In this document: piece by piece, positions 32,156 to 42,109 of the stretch
Layout: the number at the start of each line of letters is the position of its first letter
How positions within the stretch are numbered: position 1 is the stretch's first letter
DNA from: Kofleriaceae bacterium
GTDB taxonomy: Bacteria; Myxococcota_A; Polyangia; Haliangiales; Haliangiaceae
NCBI GenBank assembly: GCA_965215005.1
Contig: CBDCCZ010000049.1
Coordinates: 64,001-128,000, forward strand
DNA: 64,000 nucleotides
Reading direction: 5' to 3'
Notes under the pieces: model-generated
The model's input: the letters and a program-made list of their open reading frames with translations, nothing else
Told to the model about the DNA's origin: nothing
Databases searched by the model: none
Position numbers and translations under genes: made by a program

Positions 32156-32986
32156 ATGTCGGACCTGACGAGCACCCGCGCCCTGGTCACCGGCGCATCG
32201 AGCGGCATCGGCATGGAGCTTGCGCGACTGCTGGCAAAACGCGGCGCGAGCCTCACGCTGACCGCGCGCCGTCAAGACCGCCTCGACGCGCTGGCCGAGG
32301 AGCTGCGCGCCGCCCACGGCATCAGCGTGCGCACTGTGTCGCAGGATCTCGCTCATCCCGCCGGCGCTGCCACCCTCGCCGACAATCTCGCCGCCGCAAG
32401 CGAGCCCATCGACATCCTGATCAACAACGCCGGCTTCGGCGACTGGGACGCGTTTGCTGCGACCTCCTGGACCAAACAGCTCGAGATGCTGCAGCTCAAT
32501 ATCCTCAGTTTGGTCGAGCTAACCCACCGCCTGCTGCCCGACATGCTGCGCTCGCCACGCCGCTCGTACATCATGAACATCGCGTCGATCGCGGCGTTTC
32601 AGCCCACTCCCTACTTTGCCAGTTACGGGGCAACCAAGGCGTACGTGCGCAGCTTCTCAGGAGCGCTTGGCTACGAACTGCAAGGAACTGGTGTGAGCGT
32701 TACCTGTGTGTGTCCCGGAGGAACCGCCACCGAGTTCATGGACACGGCGGGAATGAAGCGTCTGGGGTCGCTCGTGTCGGCGAGCATGATGGAGCCCGAG
32801 CGCGTTGCCGTCGTGGCGCTGGCGGCAATGCTGCGAGGACGAGCGCACGTGACACCGGGTTGGCTAAACAAGCTCACCACCTTTCTTACCCGGCTAACGC
32901 CGCGACCGGTGACAACGATTCTGGCGGCGCGGCTGATGGGACGGCCACCCAACGCCAAGCGGCTGCTCGCGGAGGCGTCAAAATGA
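32156..32986 (+). CDS. Short-chain dehydrogenase/reductase
   Basis: TGASSGIG, NNAG and YGATK motifs. Confidence 0.95.
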   Translation: MSDLTSTRALVTGASSGIGMELARLLAKRGASLTLTARRQDRLDALAEELRAAHGISVRTVSQDLAHPAGAATLADNLAAASEPIDILINNAGFGDWDAFAATSWTKQLEMLQLNILSLVELTHRLLPDMLRSPRRSYIMNIASIAAFQPTPYFASYGATKAYVRSFSGALGYELQGTGVSVTCVCPGGTATEFMDTAGMKRLGSLVSASMMEPERVAVVALAAMLRGRAHVTPGWLNKLTTFLTRLTPRPVTTILAARLMGRPPNAKRLLAEASK

Positions 32987-33999
32987 GCAGCGAAAATCGC
33001 TGCCGCTGGGACGGCGCCCCCGGTCATTACGAAGTTTGGTACCTCACGTGCAATCATCGCGACAGCGGCACGGGCTACTGGATTCGCTATACCCTCGAAG
33101 CGCCGCTTGCAGGTCATGGCGAGCCGTACGTCCAGCTGTGGTTTGGCACGTTCGACGCCAGCAACTCCACGCGCACCTTCGGCATCAACCGCAGGTTGCC
33201 CATCGAAGCCATGCGCGCCGAAGCCATGCCGTTCTCGCTGCAGCTCGGCGACGCCACCCTCACCGATGGCAGCTGCCGCGGCCAGCTCGCGGGCGATGGC
33301 CACCACGTGCGATGGGACCTGCACTGGACGCCGGCGACGCAGCCGCATCGCCATTTACCCGAGGTGATGTATCTCGGCGGCGGGCTCGGTGAGACCACGG
33401 TGCTATCACCAAGCTTATGCGCCGCCATTACCGGAACTATCGAAGTCGATGGCCGCCGCTACTCGCTGGCGGGCGAACCGGGCGGGCAGACGCATCTTTG
33501 GGGACGTAAACATGCGCATCGCTGGGCGTGGGGGCACTGCAACGCGTTTCGCGACCAGCCCACCGCTGCCTTCGAGAGCTTGACGGTGCAGCTCGAGCGC
33601 CGCGGTCGGCTGCTGCCGCCGCTCACCATCTTCTCCCTCTATCTCGACGGTCGCGCGTATCACTTCAACCAGCTGCGCCACACCGTCCTCACCCGCAGTA
33701 ACCACGGCACCGGCTACTACCGCTTTACCGGGCACGGGGCTCGTATACGAATCGAAGGCGAGTTCTCCTGCCATCCCAGCGCCATGCTCATGGCCACCTA
33801 CGCGGATCCCGACGGACAGCTCGCGTACTGCGCCAACACCGAAGTTGGCGATCTGCGGATCACCGTGTTCGAGCGCACCGGGCTCGATCGATTCCGCGAG
33901 CGGGCGCGCCTCCTGGCACCCGGCACCGGTCACTTCGAGGTAGCGAGCCGGCAGCGCGACCCTGCTATCCGACACGATCACGTGACCGTGGACGTGTAA
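32983..33999 (+). CDS. Tocopherol-cyclase/CrtC-like beta-rich protein
   Basis: ATGA overlap with the SDR stop codon; HYEVWYL and [20 protein letters not shown] motifs. Confidence 0.55.
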   Translation: MSSENRCRWDGAPGHYEVWYLTCNHRDSGTGYWIRYTLEAPLAGHGEPYVQLWFGTFDASNSTRTFGINRRLPIEAMRAEAMPFSLQLGDATLTDGSCRGQLAGDGHHVRWDLHWTPATQPHRHLPEVMYLGGGLGETTVLSPSLCAAITGTIEVDGRRYSLAGEPGGQTHLWGRKHAHRWAWGHCNAFRDQPTAAFESLTVQLERRGRLLPPLTIFSLYLDGRAYHFNQLRHTVLTRSNHGTGYYRFTGHGARIRIEGEFSCHPSAMLMATYADPDGQLAYCANTEVGDLRITVFERTGLDRFRERARLLAPGTGHFEVASRQRDPAIRHDHVTVDV

Positions 34000-34030
34000 G
34001 CCGCCCGGCTTTCGTTTAGGATGCCAGCCC

Positions 34031-35152
34031 GTGAGCTCTCTGGCCCAGCAGCAGCGAACCCCTCTCTACGACCTGCACGTCGCAAGCGGGGCGCGTCTAA
34101 TCGACTTTGGCGGCTGGGACATGCCAGTGCAGTACCGCGCTGGCATCATTAAAGAGCATCAGGTCGTGCGCACCGGCGTCGGCCTGTTCGATGTGTCGCA
34201 TATGGGCGAGGCCGTGCTTCGCGGGCCCAGTGCCGCCGAGGCGGTTCAACGGCTCACCACCAATGATGTCGGCAAGCTTCGTGATGGCGAGGCGCAGTAC
34301 ACTCTAATGTGCTTGCCGCATGGCGGTATCGTCGACGACTGCATCGTTTATCGCCGCGCCGCCGAAGACTTCCTGATCATCATCAATGCCGCCAATGCAG
34401 AAAAAGATCTGCAATGGATGCGCGACAACGTCGGCGATCGAGTGGACCTCATCGATGAGAGCGCGAGCACCGCGCTCATTGCGGTGCAGGGGCCCAAGGC
34501 TGTCGCGCTGGTGGATCGTCTCGCTGAGGCGGAGCTGGCAGCGGTGCCGAGCTTTTGCTTTGCAACCACCCGCATTGCCGGCGTCACGGCCATGGCCGCG
34601 CGAACCGGCTACACCGGCGAGGATGGCTTCGAGCTTGCCTGCCCCGCGGCCGAGGCGCCGCGGCTTTGGAGCGCGCTTCTCGAAGCGGGACAGGCGCAGG
34701 GGGTCGAGCCGATTGGCCTCGGCGCGCGCGACACGCTTCGGCTCGAGGCGAAGCTTTGCCTTTACGGCAACGATATCGACGAAACCACAACTCCCTACGA
34801 AGCGGGACTCGCTTGGTGCGTAAAGCCGGACGCGGGCGGATTCATCGGCCGACAAGCGCTCCTTGAGCAGAAAGCCAGCGGCATTGCCCGCAAGCTGGTC
34901 GGGTTTCGAATCGACTTCGATGCCCATCGAGCGATCGCCCGCCACGGCTACCCTGTGGTTGACCGCGGGCGCGACGAACCGATCATCGGCAAAGTCACCA
35001 GCGGCACCAAGGGCATCAGCGTCAACGGCGCCATCGGCATGGCCTACGTGCCGACGGAGCTCGCCACACCCGGAACCGTCATCACCATCGACTGTCGCGG
35101 CAAGGACGTGCCTGCCACCATCGTCAAGGGCAAGTTCTACCAGCGCGACTGA
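34031..35152 (+). CDS. gcvT: Glycine cleavage system aminomethyltransferase T
   Basis: [29 protein letters not shown] and [12 protein letters not shown] motifs. Confidence 0.97.
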   Translation: MSSLAQQQRTPLYDLHVASGARLIDFGGWDMPVQYRAGIIKEHQVVRTGVGLFDVSHMGEAVLRGPSAAEAVQRLTTNDVGKLRDGEAQYTLMCLPHGGIVDDCIVYRRAAEDFLIIINAANAEKDLQWMRDNVGDRVDLIDESASTALIAVQGPKAVALVDRLAEAELAAVPSFCFATTRIAGVTAMAARTGYTGEDGFELACPAAEAPRLWSALLEAGQAQGVEPIGLGARDTLRLEAKLCLYGNDIDETTTPYEAGLAWCVKPDAGGFIGRQALLEQKASGIARKLVGFRIDFDAHRAIARHGYPVVDRGRDEPIIGKVTSGTKGISVNGAIGMAYVPTELATPGTVITIDCRGKDVPATIVKGKFYQRD

Positions 35153-35170
35153 GCAACTAGGCATTTCACT

Positions 35171-35563
35171 ATGGCTGATTTTCCCGCAGATCTCCGTTAC
35201 ACCGAAGACCACGAGTGGCTGCGCAAGCTCGGCAATGAGCGCGTGCAAGTCGGCATTACCGCGTTTGCGGCCGACCAACTCGGGGATGTCGTCACCGTTG
35301 AGCTTCCAACAGAGGGCGACGAAGTGACGAAAGGTGAAGTGTTTGGCAGCGTCGAGAGCGTCAAGTCGGTCTCGGACCTGTTTGCGCCGGTCACCGGCAA
35401 GGTCATGCGCATCAATACACCGCTCGGAGACTCTCCCGAGTACGTCAATGAAGATCCGTACGGCGAAGGCTGGATGATCGAGCTCGAGCTCGCCGATGCC
35501 AGCGAGGCCGATGCCTTGATGGATGCCCAGGCATATGGACGCTTCGTCGCGGATGAGTCGTAG
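35171..35563 (+). CDS. gcvH: Glycine cleavage system H protein
   Basis: YTEDHEW, lipoyl-Lys motif VESVKSVSD, NEDPYGEGW. Confidence 0.97.
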   Translation: MADFPADLRYTEDHEWLRKLGNERVQVGITAFAADQLGDVVTVELPTEGDEVTKGEVFGSVESVKSVSDLFAPVTGKVMRINTPLGDSPEYVNEDPYGEGWMIELELADASEADALMDAQAYGRFVADES

Positions 35564-35576
35564 AAGGGTTTGCGCT

Positions 35577-36986
35577 TCAGCGAAAGATCTTCCAGGTGCT
35601 CTTCTCGATCTCGAGGTGGAAGCCAAACTCGAACGTGATGAGCTTGGTGCGCGCATCCACGAGCGCAGCCGGCGGATTGGGAAACGGCTGCGCGGCCTGA
35701 AACGCCCGCACCGCTTCATCGTCGAGGAAGTCGACGCCAGAGCCCTGCATCACGACGATCTTGTCGAGCCGGCCGTCGGGGGTCATCCAGATTTTCAGCC
35801 GTGTGACTTTGTCGCGTGCGCCATAGACCTGACCGCTGGGATCGCGCTGCACCAACAGCTCCGCGGGGCGCCAGTTCTGCGCGACCGTGCGCTTCACGCG
35901 GTTGAAGAACGAGGCGTACTTCCAGCGCACCGAGTTGAGTAGCGTCTCGTCGCCGGTTGCGACATCGTCGAGGTGATCGACCGAGCCGCCGCCCAGCGCG
36001 CGCTCGAGAATCTCTTCCGAAACCCGCAAGTTGGGTTTTGAGCCGCCGCCGCCACCGCCTTCGCCAGGACGCGCGGAATCCGTTGCCTCGCGCTCGGGGC
36101 GAGCATACGGCGCGTTGCCCTTGCTGATGCGAGACCCGTTGGGCCCGATGGGGGCATCAAGGCCCTCGGCAATGCCGCGATCTAAGCGACTCTGCGACTC
36201 CTTGACGCGCTCGGGCGCCCCCGGCTCACGCATCGCCAGCTTCCCTGGCACGGGCGGGGCCTCGGCGTTGTCGCCGATTGGCCCCGGCGCCTGCTCCTTG
36301 GCCACCGCCGGCGCTTTGCTCGGAGCCTTGGCTTTGGCCAGCTCCTTGGGACCTGGTCGCGCCACCATGTCTTCGGTGCTGCCGCGAGCGACCTTTTCCT
36401 GCTCGACGCGGCTGTCGAACTCACTGAGGAAGCGCGCATTCTCCGGCGGTTGCTCCACCGTCGGCTGCGTAATTTCGACGATCTGCTGCTGCGCCGTGGG
36501 TTGCCGCATTGGCTCGCGCTCGGCGCGTTCGTGCTGCTCTTCGACTTTGGCGACTTGCTGCTCCTCAAACGCCTTTTGCTCCGCCGGGTCGAGCGCTTGG
36601 AGCAGCGGCTCAGCCTCGATCTCCTCGATTGGCAGTGTGGGGTCCAGGAGCGCAATCTCGACCTCGTCCAAGTTGGTGACGGTTTGACAAGCCAAGCGCG
36701 CAAGCCGCGTTTGGCGCAGCGTAGTCGCTAGGCATTGCGGCTCCGATGCGAGCGGCGAGGTGCAGTAGGCCAGGCGCGCCAGGCCAGCCAGGGCGACGTC
36801 GGCTTCGCAGGTAGGCTCGGCTGGAACGGCGGCGCTCACCTCCGGCTCGATGGCAGCGGGTCGGCGAGCGGGCTCCGTCAAGGCGATCACCGCCAGCGCA
36901 GCGCCATGAACGAGAAGCGACAATCCGCCAACAATGATGGCGACACGCGTGCTTGAGCGGCGGTGGCGTGGATCGAGCGCTGACAC
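35577..36986 (-). CDS. TonB C-terminal domain membrane protein
   Basis: N-terminal TM with SLLVH, Pro/Glu-rich linker, C-terminal GSGVDFLDDEAVRAFQAAQPFPNPP. Confidence 0.85.
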   Translation of the reverse strand: MSALDPRHRRSSTRVAIIVGGLSLLVHGAALAVIALTEPARRPAAIEPEVSAAVPAEPTCEADVALAGLARLAYCTSPLASEPQCLATTLRQTRLARLACQTVTNLDEVEIALLDPTLPIEEIEAEPLLQALDPAEQKAFEEQQVAKVEEQHERAEREPMRQPTAQQQIVEITQPTVEQPPENARFLSEFDSRVEQEKVARGSTEDMVARPGPKELAKAKAPSKAPAVAKEQAPGPIGDNAEAPPVPGKLAMREPGAPERVKESQSRLDRGIAEGLDAPIGPNGSRISKGNAPYARPEREATDSARPGEGGGGGGSKPNLRVSEEILERALGGGSVDHLDDVATGDETLLNSVRWKYASFFNRVKRTVAQNWRPAELLVQRDPSGQVYGARDKVTRLKIWMTPDGRLDKIVVMQGSGVDFLDDEAVRAFQAAQPFPNPPAALVDARTKLITFEFGFHLEIEKSTWKIFR

Positions 36987-37158
36987 GGGAACAAAACGCC
37001 AGGTTCTCGCGCACGACGCGCGACAGGATCAGTATAGTCGGGCCGGAGCGGCCACCAGGTAGCTTCGTTAAATCGCTGGCAAATCGGGATCTTGCCGCCG
37101 CCTGACGGCGGCAGATCGGCCGGTGTGATGGGTTCGTAGGGTGCGGCTTGCGCTGCGT

Positions 37159-38424
37159 TCAGCGGATCAAGCTGTTCCGAAACGCATACGGCAAGCGCAC
37201 GATGATAGCCGCGCGATTGCCCAAAACGGAACGCGGCACCGGCCCAAACGGCCCGGCACGCTTCACCGCGGAGGTGACTTCGCGGTCGAACGAGTCAAAG
37301 CCGCTCGACTGAAACACCGTGACACCGCTGAACGTGCCATCGCCGCGCAGCATGAACGTCACCACCACCTGACCTTGGTCGAGGCTGTAGGCGAGCTCTT
37401 TGGGAAACCGCACCAGCTCGTCGAGCTGCGCGTACATGCGACGAAAGTAGGGATTCTGGCGCTCGGCATACACCGATGGAAGCGCATCGCCCGGCGTCAA
37501 ATCGGCACGCGTCGCCGCAGAGCCGGTGCCTCGGCCGCGATCGCTCGGCCCAGAGCCGCGGCTCCCGCGAACTCCCTGGCCGTTCTTGGCGCCCCCCGCT
37601 CGCGCCTGTGCGAGATCGAACGGCATCGGATTGGTCTCATTGCTCGCGCCCGCCGTCTCCTCGTCGTCTTGCGCGCGGCCACGCCGCGACGTATCGGCGG
37701 CTGTCGCGCCGCGGTCTACGAACGCAGGCTCGCGCGTGAGCTGCGTTGCGCCCGCACGCCGCTGCGCGATCATCCGAGCCGGATCCCCATCGAAGATAGG
37801 ATCGGCATCCTGCCAGCTGCGTTCCTCGACGCTGCCGCTCGAGGCCCCGCTGCCGGTCCCCGCCAGCGTCCCCGGCTGCCCGCGTTCGACGCCTTCGGCC
37901 GCACGCGCAACCCCACTATGGCGGTCGCCGTACCCGCGGGTTTCAGCGCGCGCGATGGCTTCGGGACTGCGTCGCAACCGTCCGCTCTTGACGTGCGGCG
38001 ACCGATAGCGACTCGGATGATTCCACGACTGCGCGCGCAGCTCGAAGGCATCATCGCGTCCGGTCCAGGTCTCGCTACCGCCAACCTCACCACCACCACG
38101 TGCCGCCGCTTCACGCCCCGGCAGCTCGACCTCGGCATTCGGCAGCGGATGCGTTTGCCCCGCGCCAGCCACGTCCCCGGCGCCGAGCAGCACCGGGTCG
38201 ATCAGAGGCCCGAGCGGCGCGTCATCGAGCAGCGTCACCACCGCCACGTCGCCAATAGGCACCCCCACCTCCGCGCGCGGCCCCTGCGGCTCCTGCCCAC
38301 CCACTGCGCTGGTGCGCCACCACGAAGCGACGTAGACGACCAACGGCACGTGAAGCACCAGCGCCAGCGCCCCCGCAAGAGCAGCCGGGCGAGCGACGCC
38401 ACGACGCGGACGCGAGCCAATCAC
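37159..38424 (-). CDS. TonB C-terminal domain membrane protein
   Basis: N-terminal TM (ALVLHVP), Gly-rich linker, C-terminal QSSGFDSFDREVTSAVKRAGPFGPVP. Confidence 0.8.
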   Translation of the reverse strand: MIGSRPRRGVARPAALAGALALVLHVPLVVYVASWWRTSAVGGQEPQGPRAEVGVPIGDVAVVTLLDDAPLGPLIDPVLLGAGDVAGAGQTHPLPNAEVELPGREAAARGGGEVGGSETWTGRDDAFELRAQSWNHPSRYRSPHVKSGRLRRSPEAIARAETRGYGDRHSGVARAAEGVERGQPGTLAGTGSGASSGSVEERSWQDADPIFDGDPARMIAQRRAGATQLTREPAFVDRGATAADTSRRGRAQDDEETAGASNETNPMPFDLAQARAGGAKNGQGVRGSRGSGPSDRGRGTGSAATRADLTPGDALPSVYAERQNPYFRRMYAQLDELVRFPKELAYSLDQGQVVVTFMLRGDGTFSGVTVFQSSGFDSFDREVTSAVKRAGPFGPVPRSVLGNRAAIIVRLPYAFRNSLIR

Positions 38425-38533
38425 GGTCCTCAGTATGCGGCAGGCCCGCCACCTTGCCCACCATGCGCGGTCACGGCGGCTCCACGACCCTCGCCTCTTG
38501 CTCGCCCGCGCCCGCTTCCGCCATAGTGTCCGC

Positions 38534-38633
38534 GGAAGCGCCTCCCAAGCTGGTGTTGGGCCCGGTCTTCAAAACCGGTGGTGCGCCGCGAGAGCGACCG
38601 CACGGCGGGTTCGATTCCTGTGCGCTTCCGCCA
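38534..38633 (+). tRNA. selC: tRNA-Sec (UCA)
   Basis: 8-bp acceptor stem GGAAGCGC/GCGCTTCC plus G-CCA, extended D-stem with TGGT loop, anticodon arm CCGGT-CTTCAAA-ACCGG, long variable arm, TTCGATT T-loop; 100 nt. Confidence 0.93.
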
Positions 38634-38774
38634 GACACCGCTTCCTAAGACCGATGCGATCATGAGCCGGTCACCCACAGGAGATCGTTTCAAGACAGAC
38701 CCCAGCCTCGTCAATCCGGTCATCACCGCACCGGCACCTACTCAAGCACGCGAGGACGGCCAGGAGGCCAGGCG

Positions 38775-39869
38775 ATGAGCAACCGCAAGCAAGTTGCCAA
38801 GAAATCCTACACGAAGCCGACGCGTTCCCGAGCTTTGGACGCCGTCGACACCACCACGGCGCTAGCAGGCGACATCGAACAGATGATCGAGGACGCGCGG
38901 CACGATGTCGCGAGAACCGCAAACGCGGCCCTCAGCCTGCTGTACTGGCGCATCGGCTGTCGAATCCGCCAAGACATTTTGAAGGAGCAGCGTGCTGAGT
39001 ACGGCGGCGAGGTCGTCGCAGCTCTCGGTCGGAAGCTCGCTGAAGAGTTCGGCCGAGGTTTCGGGGAGAAGAACCTCCGCCGAATGGTGCAGTTTGCCGA
39101 GTCTTTCCCACATGCCGAGATTGTCGCAGCGCTGCTGCGACAATTGAGTTGGACCCACTTCACGATGCTGATCCCTATCGACGAACCGCTCAAACGCGAC
39201 TTCTACGCGGAGATGTGCCGTGTCGAGAGATGGAGCACACGAGTTCTCCGCAAGAAGATCGATGGGATGCTGTACGAGCGCACGGCGCTCTCGAAGAAGC
39301 CCGAGCAACTCGTCCGCCAGGAGCTCGACTCCCTCCGCGAGAACGACGAGCTGACACCCGATCTCGTGTTCCAAGATCCCTACCTGCTCGACTTTCTCGG
39401 TCTCAAGGACACCTACAGCGAGAAGGATCTCGAGTCTGCCCTGCTGCGCGAGATTGAACGCTTCCTACTCGAGCTCGGAGCGGGTTTTGCCTTCATCGAG
39501 CGCCAGAAGAGGATCACGCTCGACGGCGACGACTACTACATTGACCTGCTCTTCTACCACCGGCGGTTGCGTCGGTTGATCGTCGTCGAGCTCAAGATCG
39601 GCGAGTTCAAGCCCGCCGACCTCGGCCAAGTCGAGCTGTATCTTCGCTGGCTCGATCGGCACGAACGCCAGCCGGACGAGGAGTCGCCGCTAGGCGTCAT
39701 CCTCTGCGCCGGCAAAAAGAAGGAGACGATCGAAATCCTCGACCTGGGCAAGAGCGGCATCCACGTTGCGGAATACTTGACCGAGCTCCCACCACGCCAG
39801 GTTCTGCAAGAGCGATTTCATCGTGCACTGATTGCGGCGCGGTCGCGGCTCAAACAGCGCTCTGTGTGA
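38775..39869 (+). CDS. YhcG/DUF1016 family PD-(D/E)XK nuclease-domain protein
   Basis: LYWRIG, LSWTHF, DPYLLDFLGL, LELGAGFAF, IDLLFYH...VVELK and GVILC motifs. Confidence 0.93.
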   Translation: MSNRKQVAKKSYTKPTRSRALDAVDTTTALAGDIEQMIEDARHDVARTANAALSLLYWRIGCRIRQDILKEQRAEYGGEVVAALGRKLAEEFGRGFGEKNLRRMVQFAESFPHAEIVAALLRQLSWTHFTMLIPIDEPLKRDFYAEMCRVERWSTRVLRKKIDGMLYERTALSKKPEQLVRQELDSLRENDELTPDLVFQDPYLLDFLGLKDTYSEKDLESALLREIERFLLELGAGFAFIERQKRITLDGDDYYIDLLFYHRRLRRLIVVELKIGEFKPADLGQVELYLRWLDRHERQPDEESPLGVILCAGKKKETIEILDLGKSGIHVAEYLTELPPRQVLQERFHRALIAARSRLKQRSV

Positions 39870-40080
39870 AACGAAAGCGACGAGGAGCTTCCGCTCTCGA
39901 GATGCGCCGGCAGAAAGATCAAGACTGCCGGCATCGGCGACCCTCGCCGGACGGGATGGTCGACGCATCCGGAGGCGTATAAATGGTGGCGACTAGAAAA
40001 GCAGCCACTTGACGCTGTGCGCTATGACGCGATACCCGCTTTCTCGGTACACGAAGGCCCTCGAGAACGCGGAGGATTGG

Positions 40081-41802
40081 ATGAACACGCTCAAGTTTGT
40101 GCTCGCGCTAGCAATGGTGGCTGCGATCGGCGGCTGCTCCCTCATGGATGACCAGCCGGAGGAGCTCGAGGCGGCGCTGGAGGTGGCGGGCGACGTCGTG
40201 CCTGCCAACTATCGCGACCGGCGCGACGTAGGCTGCGCGGTGGGCGACGTCTCCTCTAAGTTTGGACGGTTCGAGGAGGGACCACTGGCAGGGCTAGAGG
40301 TCGAGTACTACTCCTCGGCAGAGCTCGATTATTCGCGCCCGGATTGGCCGACGCAGCGCGAGCAGTCGTGGGATGCACTGCGCGGGCGGCTCGGCGTCGC
40401 CGATGACGCAGTGGCGGTGGTGGTCGTGGACATTCGCAATATCAACGGCGTTCCGCACTATCGATACTTCTCGAACGGCAGCTGGAACCAGCTCAATCAA
40501 AATTGGTCGTCGACCAAGGTAATGGCGGAGCTCGGTGCGATCCATCGGCTACGCATGCAGTCTCAAGGACGCATCGGCGCGCAGTCGATCATCAACGACG
40601 CGGTGCTGGGAGCGCAGCGCTTCTCCGATCACACCTACGCGCTTCACGACACCAGCAGCAACGCCTCAGGCGGGCTCTTCAAGCACCTTCTCGGCACCAC
40701 TGCCGTCAATGGCGGCGGTCTCAACGCGACCAGCTTCGTCCGCGGGTGGCTGTCGCGACCGAGCGAGCTGTTCAATGGTTACTACGGCTACAGCAACTAC
40801 GACGACTATTACAACATCCTTGCGGCTGACGGCAGCGGCGCGGTCTACCTCGACACCTCGACGCGCGAGATCACGCCCAACCATCTGTCGCCGCTGGCGA
40901 TGGCGGAGCTGTGGAAACGGCTCGGGGTCAACTTCCGCGACTCGAAGCTGCTTCCCAGCGCTCGCCTCGGCGCAACCGATGCCAGCGCAAGCTACGGCTA
41001 TCGCTCGGACCGCGACGACGGCACCCGCAACGCGTTTCGCGGCGACGATGCGGCGCAATGGCAGCCGACTATCACCGAAGACGACCTGATGGTCATGTTC
41101 TACGGCAGCGCCGACCGCGACGCCGACAGCGTTGGCGGCATGCTCCATGACATCGGCATTCGCTATCGCTTCACCTCCGCGTTCGGCGGCTCGGCCAAGC
41201 TGGACGCTGCCACCGGCGGAACCTGGCGCATTCTCGGCAAGACCGGCTCTGGCGACGGCAACTCGGCGTATGGCGGGCACCTCTGCCTGCCCGGCTACAA
41301 AGGTGGTCGCGAGCTCGCGTTCTTCATTCTCGGCAAAACTCCTGGCGGTGTTCACGCAACCAGTGAGGCGCTCGGTCGCGTCATCGACATGTTTGCGCCG
41401 GGCCTGCGAACCGGGCCGGCTCTGGGCCTCATCGAATGTCCCGCGGGTTGGCAGCTCGAGTCGATCGGCAGCGACGGCGGGACATACTGCAGCAACGGAA
41501 CCAGCATGTATGGGCCGTTTTCGCAGTCGATGATCGCCGCGTGTCGCAGTTGGGGCGGCGGCAGCGCCTGCGCCACCAACAATTGGGCGCTCGAGTTCGC
41601 GCGCACCCTTCGCGGCGACGGCCTCTGCCCCCGCGGGGCCAGCTACGACGCTGAAACCACCTACTGCGTCGAAGGCGACGCTGCGTTCGGCCCATTTCCA
41701 AGCCGATTGATCCAAGCGTGCGAGCAGCGTGGTGGTGGCAGCGCCTGTCGCACCGCCCGCTGGAGTCGTAGCTTCCTGCGCAACATCCAGCGCTCGTTAT
41801 AG
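40081..41802 (+). CDS. Lipoprotein with PBP/serine-beta-lactamase-like motifs and a C-terminal Cys-rich tandem repeat
   Basis: Lipobox IGG-C; SSTK (40507), SSN (40654) and KTG (41239) in the canonical order; two Cys-rich repeats at the C-terminus. Confidence 0.6.
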   Translation: MNTLKFVLALAMVAAIGGCSLMDDQPEELEAALEVAGDVVPANYRDRRDVGCAVGDVSSKFGRFEEGPLAGLEVEYYSSAELDYSRPDWPTQREQSWDALRGRLGVADDAVAVVVVDIRNINGVPHYRYFSNGSWNQLNQNWSSTKVMAELGAIHRLRMQSQGRIGAQSIINDAVLGAQRFSDHTYALHDTSSNASGGLFKHLLGTTAVNGGGLNATSFVRGWLSRPSELFNGYYGYSNYDDYYNILAADGSGAVYLDTSTREITPNHLSPLAMAELWKRLGVNFRDSKLLPSARLGATDASASYGYRSDRDDGTRNAFRGDDAAQWQPTITEDDLMVMFYGSADRDADSVGGMLHDIGIRYRFTSAFGGSAKLDAATGGTWRILGKTGSGDGNSAYGGHLCLPGYKGGRELAFFILGKTPGGVHATSEALGRVIDMFAPGLRTGPALGLIECPAGWQLESIGSDGGTYCSNGTSMYGPFSQSMIAACRSWGGGSACATNNWALEFARTLRGDGLCPRGASYDAETTYCVEGDAAFGPFPSRLIQACEQRGGGSACRTARWSRSFLRNIQRSL

Positions 41803-42035
41803 TCGTCGCTCACCTCGCCGGCGCGGCGCACGCTGCGCCGCGAAATGCCCCTCGCCTGCTCATCAAGAACGAAAGCGCGCCAGCGCTCGCTGCTCTCACT
41901 TCGGGGCATGGTTCCACACTGATGCCCGCGGTCGCGCGCCTTCCGCGCATCACTTTCCCGTTTCGCTCCGTTCACGCAATGAGCGGAGCGCGCTCAGCTC
42001 CTGCTCCCAACTCTCCCCGCGTGCGACTGCGCGCC

Positions 42036-42052
42036 CTGGCGCGGCATTCGCA
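42036..42052 (+). promoter_or_regulatory. Candidate sigma54 (-24/-12) promoter
   Basis: CTGGCGCGGCATTCGCA has GG-N10-GC spacing and is close to YTGGCACG-N4-TTGCW; about 58 nt before the ATG at 42110. Confidence 0.4.
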
Positions 42053-42109
42053 AATGTCGGCCGCCAGAGCGCAGTCTCGGCTCGTTCATTGGGGAAGGAA
42101 CATCGAGCT

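Noticed and set aside
32149..32982. N-terminal 278 aa of the 616-aa ORF 32149..33999
   Set aside because: It overlaps the SDR gene in another frame and is Arg-rich nonsense. The real gene starts at ATG 32983, after a GGAGG ribosome-binding site.
39985..39993. TCGCCACCA on the - strand resembling a tRNA 3' end
   Set aside because: There is no T-arm or cloverleaf upstream, so it is a chance match.
41729..42109. N-terminal extension of the 1097-aa peptidase ORF
   Set aside because: The signal peptide and AAGGA ribosome-binding site point to ATG 42110, and the extension overlaps the upstream gene.
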